Source of the DNA: an uncultured Gemmatimonadales bacterium
Lineage (GTDB): Bacteria; Gemmatimonadota; Gemmatimonadetes; Gemmatimonadales; GWC2-71-9
NCBI GenBank assembly: GCA_963844035.1
Contig: CAWJMT010000001.1
Coordinates: 41,344-105,343 of the forward strand
Direction: 5' to 3'
DNA: 64,000 bases
Shown: positions 1 to 8,573 of the stretch, one piece after another
How positions within the stretch are numbered: position 1 is the first letter of the stretch
Layout: each line of letters starts with the position of its first letter
Notes under the pieces: generated by a model
Database searches by the model: none
Seen by the model: the letters and a program-made list of their open reading frames with translations, nothing else
Told to the model about the DNA's origin: nothing
Program-made: the position numbers and the translations under genes

Positions 1-1030
1 CTACGACCAGCAATTCGCTCAGCTGCTGACCGCGCTCGGCACCGTGAGCCCGGTGATCGAGCCCGCCGAGCTGGGGCGGGTGTTCGTGGGGATGGACGGG
101 CTGGAGGGACTGTACGGTCCGCCGGAAAAACAGGTGGAAGCGATACGAGTGCGGATTGCGGAATTCGGAATGCGGAATCGAAGTGCAGGCATCGATTCCG
201 CATTCGACATTCCGCACTCCGCACTCCGTGTAGGGCTGGGGAAAGGGAAAGTTCGTTTCCTGGGTCGCTGCCACTCGCGCGCGACCTGGACATGCCGTCA
301 TCGTCCGCCCGGGGGAAGAGGTAGACGTTTCTCGCCGCTCAACCCCTCGCCGTGCTGCCGCTCGATCCCGACACGCATCGCCGGCTGCGCCAGCTCGGTC
401 TGAGAACGCTCGCCGACCTGAAGGCGTTGCCTGAGGCGGCGGTCATCGCGCAGTTCGGCCGCGCCGGCCGCAGGCTGTGGCAGCTGGCGGCGGGAGTGCT
501 CGCCGAGCCGGTCGTGGGACGCGAGGTACCCGAGCCCATCGTCGCGGCCCTCACCTTCTTCTCTCCGGTCTCCGACCTGGAAATGCTGACGCAGTCGCTG
601 GTGCAGCTGATCGAGCGCGCACTCAAGCATCCGCGTCGCTCAGGGTGGCGCGTGCGGCAGGTGCGCGTGCGCGCCGCGCTCGAGCACGGGACATCGTGGA
701 TGATCGATGCCGTGCTCAAGGACCCGTCAGCGGATCCGAGTCGCATCCTCGCACCGCTCGATACCCGGCTGGACGTCGGCGCCGCCCACGAAAGCCGTCG
801 AGCGGCTCACGGTCGAGTTCTGCTCCTTCGCTCCGGGGACCACTGCGCTGCAGCTCTTCGCGCGCGATGCGAACGCGGCCGCGCGAGCCGGCAGGCAGCG
901 CGCACTGCGGTACGCCGTTCAGGAGATCAAGCTCCGGCTGCGGCGGTCACCGCTCTATCACATCATCGAGGTGCAGCCATGGTCGCGCATTCCCGAACGC
1001 CGCTACGCGTTGATCGACTACGAGCCCTGA
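1..1030 (+). CDS. imuB: ImuB-like Y-family polymerase homologue (5' truncated by window; apparent frameshifts near 250-350 and 775)
   Basis: Joined ORFs 44..403, 352.. and 707..1030: 'RLRQLGLRTLADLKALPEAAVIAQFG' thumb/HhH-like segment; C-terminus 'QPWSRIPERRYALIDYEP'; lies upstream of dnaE2. Confidence 0.75.
147..226. repeat. 7-nt-periodic inverted repeat inside imuB
   Basis: Arms 147-181 and 192-226 are complementary at 31/35 positions with a 10-nt loop; unit resembles TGCGGAA; ORF 44..403 reads through it. Confidence 0.85.
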
Positions 1031-1272
1031 ATGCGCCGGAAACGGTGGAGGTCGACGTTGACGCATCGGGAGTACCACGGCGGTCAGGCGGTCAAAAAAC
1101 AACAGCGGCGGTCAGGCGGTCGAGAACATTCTCGATGTGTGGCGAATCGACGATGAATGGTGGCGGCTGCGGATCTCACGTCTCTACTACGACGTCATGC
1201 TGGAAGGCGGTGGGCACGTTGTCCTGTTCAAAGATCTTGTCGCGGGTGATTGGTTCGTCCAGAAAGCCTTAA
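979..1272 (+). CDS. Small DUF6504-like protein resembling the ImuB C-terminal WW domain (frameshifted)
   Basis: ATG 979 'MVAHSRTPLRVDRLRALNAPETVEV' then, in another frame, 'WRIDDEWWRLRISRLYYDVMLEGG..VLFKDL..GDWF'. Confidence 0.65.
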   Translation: MVAHSRTPLRVDRLRALNAPETVEVDVDASGVPRRSGGQKTTAAVRRSRTFSMCGESTMNGGGCGSHVSTTTSCWKAVGTLSCSKILSRVIGSSRKP

Positions 1273-1285
1273 CTGACCGCCTACG

Positions 1286-4200
1286 CTGTACGCCGAACTC
1301 CACTGCCACTCGGCATTCTCGTTTCTCGATGGCGCCTCACTGCCCGAGCAGCTCGCGCTCACGGCCGCGAACCTAGGGGTTGCGAGCGTCGCCCTCACCG
1401 ACCACAACGGCGTGTACGGCTCGATGGCGTTCGCTCAGGAAGCGAAGCAGCTCGGTATCCAGGCGATCACCGGCGCCGAGGTGACGCTGCTCGACGGCTC
1501 GCACGTCACGTTGCTCGCGGAGACGCCACGCGGGTACGCGAATCTCTGCCGGCTGCTCACCGAAGCCCATCTTGGCCGGGCCGACCGCCTCGATCCGCGG
1601 CTCGACTTCGCGTCGCTCGAAGCCCGCCACGAGGGGTTGATCATTCTCTCCGGCTGCCGCAACGGCCTTCTCCCCCGCACGCTCGAGCGCGACGGAATAG
1701 CTGCCGCGCGCCGGCTCGCCGAGCGCTGCCGCGCGGTGTTCGGTCCCGAGCAATTTTTTGTCGAGCTGCAACGAAATCTGGTGCGTGGGGATCGCGCGTT
1801 GACCCGCGCGCTGAGTGATCTCGCTTCTGACTTACGACTTAGCGTCGTAGCGTCTGGCAACGTCCACTACCACCAGCGCGACCGACACCGGCTGCACGAC
1901 GTGTTGGTCGCGATCCGTCATCGCACCACGCTCGACGGCTCGCACGCCGTGCGGCGTCCCAACAGCGAGTTCTTCCTGCATCCGCCTGAAGATGTCGCTA
2001 CGATGTTTGCTGACTGTCCCGATGCTGTCGCTAATACTTTGACCATCGCCGAGCGCTGTAAGCGCCTTCGACCTGACACGCGATCTCGGCTATCACTTCC
2101 CTGACTTCCGCGGCGCGGTCGATCGCACCGCCCCCCGGGCGCTCGCCGAGCTGTGCCGCGCGCGGCTCGATGAGCGCTACCCGGCGGACTCCGGTCACCG
2201 CGACGAAGCGGAGCGGCGGCTCGCGGAAGAGCTGCGGCTGATCGCGCATCACGGGTTGTGTGGGTTCTTCCTGGTCTACCACGACCTCTTCGATCTGGCG
2301 CGGGAAGTCGCCGCCGACGTGCGGCGCGGCTCGCGCCGCGCGGCGGGAGGGTTGCTCCCGGGCCGGGGACGCGGCTCGTCGGTATCGTCGATCGTCTGCT
2401 ACCTGCTCGGCCTCTCGCACGTCGATCCCGTCGCTACGCGCCTCTTCTTCGGCCGCTTCCTGAACGAGTCGCTCGCGTCGGTGCCGGACATCGACCTCGA
2501 TTTCCCCCGCGAGATCCGCGAAGAGCTGATCCGGCGCGTGTACAAACGCTACGGAGACGAGCACGTCGGACTCGTGTGCTCGTTCCCGACCTATCGCCTG
2601 CGCTCGGCGGTCCGGGAGATCGGCAAGGCGCTGGATCTGCCCCTGGGAGAGATCGAGCAGGTGGCAAAACTGGCGGACAGGCGGTCTGGCGGTCTGGCGG
2701 ATGAACTGGATCAGCTCCCGGGGTTCGCCGGCAGGAAAAACGCTCCCTGTGGAAGGAGTTGTGCGAGCTCGCCGAGGAGATCGCCGGATTGCCCCGTCAC
2801 GTGTCGCAGCACGTCGGCGGAATGGTGATCTCGAGCCGGCCGCTCGTGGAGCTCGTGCCGCTCGAGCGCGCCGCGATGGAAGACCGTGTCGTCTGCCAGT
2901 GGGACAAAGATTCCTGCGACGATGCGCGCTTCATCAAGATCGACTTCCTGGCGCTCGGGATGCTGTCGCTGGTGGAGGAGTGCGTCGAGCGGATCGCGGT
3001 GCGGGAGGGCACGCCGCCCGATCTCTCGCGCATCGACTTCAACGATCGAGCGGTCTACGACCGTATCTGCAAGGGCGACACGGTCGGGCTGTTCCAGATC
3101 GAGAGCCGTGCACAGATCCAGATGCTCCGCCGCAGCCGCCCGCGCAATCTCGAGGACCTCGCGGTCGAAGTCGCAATCGTGCGGCCCGGGCCAATCGTCG
3201 GCGGAGCGGTGAACCCGTACGTGCGGCGCCGCGAGGAGCAGCGCCGCGCCGTAGCGGAGGGCCGACCCTACGAGCCGCCGCTGGACCATCCGCTGCTGAA
3301 GGACGCGTTGACCGAGACGCTCGGCGTGATCCTCTATCAGGATCAGGTGCTCCAGGTCTGCCAGGCGCTCGCCGGGTTCAGCTCCGGGCAGGCCGAGGCG
3401 TTGCGTCGCGCGATGAGTCGCCGGCGCAGCCGCGAGCTGATGGCGGGCTTCTGGGTCGAGTTCAGGGATGGCGCCGCCGCTCGCGGCGTCCCGGAGCCGG
3501 TTGCCGAGCGCGTGTTCACGCACGTCATCGCTTTCTCCGAGTTCGGCTTTCCCAAGTCGCACGCGGCAGCGTTCGGTCTCCTCGCCTATCAATCGGCGTG
3601 GCTGCGGCACTACCACCCCGCGGAGTACTACACGGCGCTCTTCAACAATCAGCCGATGGGGTTCTACTCGCTGGATGCGCTGGGACGGGATGCCAAGCGG
3701 AACGGGATCACGATCCGTCTCCCCGACGTGAACGTGAGCGACATCTGGTGCTCAGTGGAAGCCGATGCGGTGCGGATCGGGCTCGGCTTCATCCGCGATT
3801 GGAGCGAAGCCACGGCCACGGCGGTCACCGCCGAGCGCGAGCGGAATGGTCCGTTCCGGAGCCTGGGCGACTTCGTTCGACGCGCGCCCCCGGAGCTCAA
3901 GCGCACGGCGATCGAGAACCTCGTGTGGGTCGGCGGGTGTGACGGATTTGGCCTCACGCGGCGCGAGCTGCTCTGGCAGGTGGGCCTGTTCCTCCCTCCC
4001 AAGGCCGAGCACGGCGACGAGGCGCGCGGGCGGCGCCAGCTCGAGCTGCCGCTCGATCATCCGCACGAGCACCTGCGCTTCGGAGGGTTGGAAGCAAACG
4101 AGCGGATGCTCGCCGAGTACGCCGTGCTCGGGTTTGCCGCGAGTGGCCACCCGCTTGCCCTGATGCGCCAGGCCCTGCCGCCGGACGTGGTGCAAAGCGA

Positions 4201-4594
4201 CCGGCTTGCCGGCCTCGCCCACCGGTCACGGGTCGAGGTGGCAGGCCTCGTGGTCGCCCGTCAGCGGCCGGAGACGGCGAAAGGGGTCGTCTTCGTGCTG
4301 CTCGAGGACGAGGCGGGAATGGTCAACGTCATCGTACGACCGGAGGTCTACGAGCGCGATCGCGTCGCCGTGCGCGGGGAGCCGTTTCTCTGGATCTCGG
4401 GCAGGTTGGCGAAGGATGACGGAGCGCTGAACGTGCTGGCGGAGGAGGTGACGGGGGCTGCAATGCGGAATGCGGAAGTGGGACGGGGAATGGGTAAGCC
4501 ACCTCAGGATTCCGCACTCCGCACTCCGAATTCCCCATTCTCGTTTCTCAAGACCATGCGCTCCGTCGCGCCGGAATCGAAGGACTGGGGGTGA
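1286..4594 (+). CDS. dnaE2: Error-prone DNA polymerase DnaE2/ImuC (start approximate; frameshifts near 2060 and 2745)
   Basis: PHP 'YAELHCHSAFSFLDGAS', 'GRGSSVSSIVCY', 'VPDIDLDF', 'PRHVSQHVGG', 'FGFPKSHA', OB-fold 'RQRPETAKGV', C-terminal 'PESKDWG'. Confidence 0.92.
4462..4540. repeat. Degenerate 7-nt-periodic palindrome inside the dnaE2 3' end
   Basis: aatgcggaatgcggaa ... attccgcactccgcactccgaattcc; same unit family as 147-226. Confidence 0.7.
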
Positions 4595-4636
4595 TCGAGG
4601 CTGGCGCGCGCGGCGGCCGGTGACAATGTTAGCGCC

Positions 4637-5611
4637 ATGCCGCGCTCCCTCACGCCGTTGGTGCGATGGGCCATTTCGCTCTCCCTTGCCGTCGCGTGCG
4701 GTCACTCGAAAGCACCCGAGCCCGCCCCCGTGGCGCCCGCGCAGCCCGCGCCGCCCCCGCCCGCGAAGATCGAGCTGCACGCCATGCGGGTGAATGGCAC
4801 CGTGCTGTCCTACCGGCTCGCCGGCGACCAGGGGACGCCCGTCGTCTTCGTGCATGGCAGCTACGGCGACATGAACGACTGGAACACGCAGATCAACGCC
4901 TTCGCCCGCACGCACCGGGTGCTCGCGTACAGCCGGCGCTACCACCCGCCCAACCCGCCGCAGAACGACGGCCAGGTGTACTCCCCGCAGTTGCACGCCG
5001 ACGACCTCGCGGCCCTGCTCGCGGTGCTCGGGCACAGTCCCGCGCACATCGTCGGCGCGGGCTACGGAGCCTACGTCGCGCTCGCCCTGGCCATCGAGCA
5101 TCCCGAGCTGGTCCGCACCCTCGTGCTCGGAGAGCCGCCGGCGCTTCCGTTTCTCCTGCGCTCGCCCGCGGGCGACTCGCTACGGCGCGCCCTCATCGCC
5201 ACCACCCTCGACCCGGCGCGCGCCGCATTCGCCCGCGGCGACTCGGTGGGCGCGCTCCGCCTGTTCGTGGACGGCATGGCCGACCGCCGGGGCTACTTTC
5301 GACAACCTCCCCCCGGCGATCCGCGCACGGCTCATCGCCCACTGCGTTCGAAATGCGGCGCGAGCTGCTCGCCGACCGCCAGCAATACCTGCCCGCACTC
5401 GAGTGCCCCGACCTCGAGACAACTGGCGATGCCGGTGCTGTTGCTCCAGGGAGAACGCAGCCCGCGGATGTTCCACGTGATCACGGCCGAGTTGGACCGC
5501 TGTCTCCAAAGCGACACCGTCATCACGATTCCGGGGGCCGGCCACGCCATCAACGAGTCGAATCCGGTCGTGTTCAATCAGACGGTGCTGCAGTATCTGG
5601 CGACGCATTAG
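4637..5611 (+). CDS. Alpha/beta hydrolase-fold lipoprotein (local compensating frameshifts near 5290-5420)
   Basis: Lipobox-like 'LAVAC', 'PVVFVHGS', nucleophile elbow 'GAGYG', 'IPGAGH'. Confidence 0.8.
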   Translation: MPRSLTPLVRWAISLSLAVACGHSKAPEPAPVAPAQPAPPPPAKIELHAMRVNGTVLSYRLAGDQGTPVVFVHGSYGDMNDWNTQINAFARTHRVLAYSRRYHPPNPPQNDGQVYSPQLHADDLAALLAVLGHSPAHIVGAGYGAYVALALAIEHPELVRTLVLGEPPALPFLLRSPAGDSLRRALIATTLDPARAAFARGDSVGALRLFVDGMADRRGYFRQPPPGDPRTAHRPLRSKCGASCSPTASNTCPHSSAPTSRQLAMPVLLLQGERSPRMFHVITAELDRCLQSDTVITIPGAGHAINESNPVVFNQTVLQYLATH

Positions 5612-5695
5612 CCCCCGTGCGCGGCTGAAGCCGCGGCTCGGCACCTACCGCTAAAGCGGTCGTCGCCCGTTCACGGGCAGGGCCGAGCCGCGAGT

Positions 5696-6607
5696 TCACT
5701 CGCGCTCGGGGCCACCCATCCGATCCTCCCATTCGTCGATTGACCGCGGCCAGTCGTCCTTGAGCAGCCGTGACAGCGACCGGTCGGCGAACACCTTCCC
5801 GCCCGTCTGGCACGTGGCGCAGTAGTTCATTTCGTTCTCCGCATAGCGAACCCGCTGCACCGGCGAGCCGCACACGGGACATGGCTTGCGGTAGCGGCCG
5901 TGTACGGCCATCCCCTCGTGGAACGCGGTAACCTTGTCCGGAAATCCCTTCCCTGCTTCGGCGCGTAGCCTCTCGATCCACGCGGTGAGCGTGGCCCGCG
6001 TGGCCCCGTGCAGCCGATCGAGCTCCGCGTCGCTGGCGGTGGCCGTGAGGGTGAAGGGGGACAGTTTCGCGGCGTGGAGGATCTCGTCCGAATAGGCGTT
6101 GCCGATTCCGGAGACGAGGCGTGGGTCGGTGAGGGCGCGTTTCAGCGTGTGGTTTTCGCGGCGCAACGCCGCGCGAAACGTGGCCGCGTCGACCTCCAGG
6201 ACCTCCAGCCCGCCCCGTTCGTGCTCGGCCAAACCAGCCTCGCCACGCGCCACATACAGGGCTGCTCGCCGGCGCGTCCCCGCCTCAGTGAACAGCAGCG
6301 TGCCGGTCGGAAAATCGAATGCCGCGAGCCCGATCCGGCCGGGGATCGCCGCCCGGGGACGTTTCCAGCGCAGCCTGCCCGCGATCATGAGGTGGATGAC
6401 CAGGTAGAGATCGGACTCGAGCCCGATCACGATCCGTTTCCCGAGACGGCGTAGTCCCGTCACCTTCCGTCCCGCGGCGTCGGCCACTGGCGGATCCACG
6501 CTGCGCAGCACGAAGGGACTCCCGATGCGCACGGCCTCGAGCCGCTGACCCAGGACGTGTGACCGCAATGCGTCCAGGTAGACAACGATGTCGGGCAGCT
6601 CGGGCAT
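5696..6607 (-). CDS. Fpg/Nei family DNA glycosylase/AP lyase
   Basis: N-terminal MPELPD, 'HLMIAG', H2TH 'GIGNAYSDEIL', zinc finger CPVC..CATC. Confidence 0.9.
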   Translation of the reverse strand: MPELPDIVVYLDALRSHVLGQRLEAVRIGSPFVLRSVDPPVADAAGRKVTGLRRLGKRIVIGLESDLYLVIHLMIAGRLRWKRPRAAIPGRIGLAAFDFPTGTLLFTEAGTRRRAALYVARGEAGLAEHERGGLEVLEVDAATFRAALRRENHTLKRALTDPRLVSGIGNAYSDEILHAAKLSPFTLTATASDAELDRLHGATRATLTAWIERLRAEAGKGFPDKVTAFHEGMAVHGRYRKPCPVCGSPVQRVRYAENEMNYCATCQTGGKVFADRSLSRLLKDDWPRSIDEWEDRMGGPERE

Positions 6608-6715
6608 TCCGGAAACCTACCCCTTCACTCGGGTGTTACGACCCGTCAGCTTATCTCGTCCCACTGCTGGAACCCGAACCGGGGCGCGCGCCTTTAGAGG
6701 TACCAACAGCCCGGA

Positions 6716-7273
6716 GTGACCCCCATGACTCAACATGAAGTAGCGACCCTCGCCGGCGGATGCTTCTGGTGCCTCGAGGCTGCCTTCTCCGAGCTACGGG
6801 GCGTGGAACGCGTTCAGTCGGGCTATGCGGGGGGTTCCGTCGCGAACCCGTCGTACGAAGCGGTCTGCACCGGCAAGACCGGACATGCCGAGGTCGTGCA
6901 AATCACCTTCGATCCGCAGCTGATCTCTTTCAGCGACCTATTGCACGTGTTCTTCACGATCCACGATCCCACCACGCTGAACCAGCAGGGGGGCGACGTG
7001 GGCACGCAGTACCGCTCAGCGGTCTACTACCATTCGCCGGCCCAGAAGGCCGAGACCGAGCGGGTGATTCGGGAGCTCACAGCCGAGAAGGTGTGGGACG
7101 ATCCGATCGTCACCGAGATCAAGCCACTGGAAACGTTCTATCCCGCGGAGGAGTACCACCGCGACTACTATCGCCGCAATCCCAATCAGGGGTATTGCCG
7201 CGCCGTCATCGCACCCAAGGTCGCTAAGGTGCGCAAGGCGTACTTCGACCGACTGAAGCAACCGACGCCATGA
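6716..7273 (+). CDS. msrA: Peptide-methionine (S)-S-oxide reductase
   Basis: GGCFWC, 'TGHAEVV', 'HDPT', 'GTQYRS', 'AEEYH'. Confidence 0.96.
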   Translation: MTPMTQHEVATLAGGCFWCLEAAFSELRGVERVQSGYAGGSVANPSYEAVCTGKTGHAEVVQITFDPQLISFSDLLHVFFTIHDPTTLNQQGGDVGTQYRSAVYYHSPAQKAETERVIRELTAEKVWDDPIVTEIKPLETFYPAEEYHRDYYRRNPNQGYCRAVIAPKVAKVRKAYFDRLKQPTP

Positions 7274-7294
7274 GCCCATGGTCGAGCATGGACG

Positions 7295-7456
7295 AAACTC
7301 GACGCCGTGGTGTCCGGCCAATTCCGAATCACTCTGAATGGTCACGCGGTCGTGCTGGAAGCGGGAGACTGTATTGCGGTGCCGCGTGGTGCGCCCCACT
7401 CGGCCGCGGTCGTGGGTGACGAGGACGTCGTCAGCCTGGACGCGACTCGCGGCTGA
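7295..7456 (+). pseudogene. 5'-truncated cupin-domain gene remnant
   Basis: Reads 'KLDAVVSGQFRITLNGHAVVLEAGDCIAVPRGAPHSAAVVGDEDVVSLDATRG*' (cupin motif-2-like GD-x4-P-x-G-x2-H) with no in-frame start or N-terminal half. Confidence 0.6.
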
Positions 7457-7565
7457 CCCGCGCGGGTTCCGAGGTAGGCTCCCGCCAGATCGGCAGTACC
7501 CCCTCTTTGGATGGATTGCGGCACCGCAGGGTGCCGCGGTTGCTTTCGCCAAAGGGGAGGTGTCG

Positions 7566-8573
7566 ATGGAAATGACTGTTCAGGAAATAGAGCGAAGAAA
7601 CGCCGCCACGTGGCGGACCCGCCTGGCCCCGTACGTCGTACCAAATCTGAAGCGCAGCATCGTCGAGCTCGTGACCGGCACGGTTCTGTTCGCTGGCGCC
7701 TGGATCTTGATGTACGCCAGTCTTGCAGTGAGCTACTGGGTGACCCTGGCCCTGGCGGTGCCGACCGCGTTTCTGCTCATCCGGCTATTCATCATCCAGC
7801 ACGACTGCGGGCACGGCTCGTTCTTCCGCTCGAGCCGCACGGCGGAGGTCGTTGGGTCGATCCTCGGGGTGTTTACCCTGACGCCGTATCACTTCTGGCG
7901 GAAATCCCACGCGATACATCACGCGACCAATGGGAACCTCGAGCGCCGCGGATTCGGCGACATCAAGACGCTGACCGTGGACGAGTACTCCGCGCTCTCA
8001 CGCTGGCCGCGGTTCTGGTACCGCGTGTACCGCCACCCCGCCGTACTGTTCGGCATCGGGGCGGTGCTGCAGTTCTTCGTGATGTACCGTCTTCCCGGCA
8101 CGGTCCCGAAGACCTGGACACGTGCGCGGCTCAGCATCCTGTGGACCGACGTCGGGCTGGCGGCTGTGATCGTACTCATGGGCAGTCTGATCGGCTTCCG
8201 GGCGCTCCTGCTCGTGCACCTGCCGGTGGCGCTCCTGTCCGCGACGATCGGCGTGTTCCTCTTTTACGTCCAGCACCAATTCGAGCCGACGTATTGGGAG
8301 AACAACGCAAACTGGGTGTACGACGACGCCGCGCTGCTCGGGAGCTCGTACTACCAACTCCCGAAACTGTTGCAATGGGCCACCGGGAACATCGGCCTCC
8401 ATCACATCCACCACCTCAACGCACTCATCCCGAACTACCGCCTGCAAGCCGCGATGGACCGTTATCCTGAATTGCGACAGGTGGCAACGCTGACCATGAA
8501 AGAGAGCTTCCGGTGTGTGCGGCTGGTGTTGTGGGACGAGCGGGCGAAAAAGCTGGTGCCGTTTCCGCGTTAG
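7566..8573 (+). CDS. Membrane fatty acid desaturase (Des/DesA type)
   Basis: His boxes HDCGH, HAIHH, HHIHH; hydrophobic segments; SD GGGGAGG before ATG 7566. Confidence 0.9.
   Translation: MEMTVQEIERRNAATWRTRLAPYVVPNLKRSIVELVTGTVLFAGAWILMYASLAVSYWVTLALAVPTAFLLIRLFIIQHDCGHGSFFRSSRTAEVVGSILGVFTLTPYHFWRKSHAIHHATNGNLERRGFGDIKTLTVDEYSALSRWPRFWYRVYRHPAVLFGIGAVLQFFVMYRLPGTVPKTWTRARLSILWTDVGLAAVIVLMGSLIGFRALLLVHLPVALLSATIGVFLFYVQHQFEPTYWENNANWVYDDAALLGSSYYQLPKLLQWATGNIGLHHIHHLNALIPNYRLQAAMDRYPELRQVATLTMKESFRCVRLVLWDERAKKLVPFPR

Noticed and set aside
7271..7273. msrA TGA as selenocysteine
   Set aside because: It lies at the normal MsrA C-terminus, away from catalytic Cys positions, and no convincing SECIS was seen
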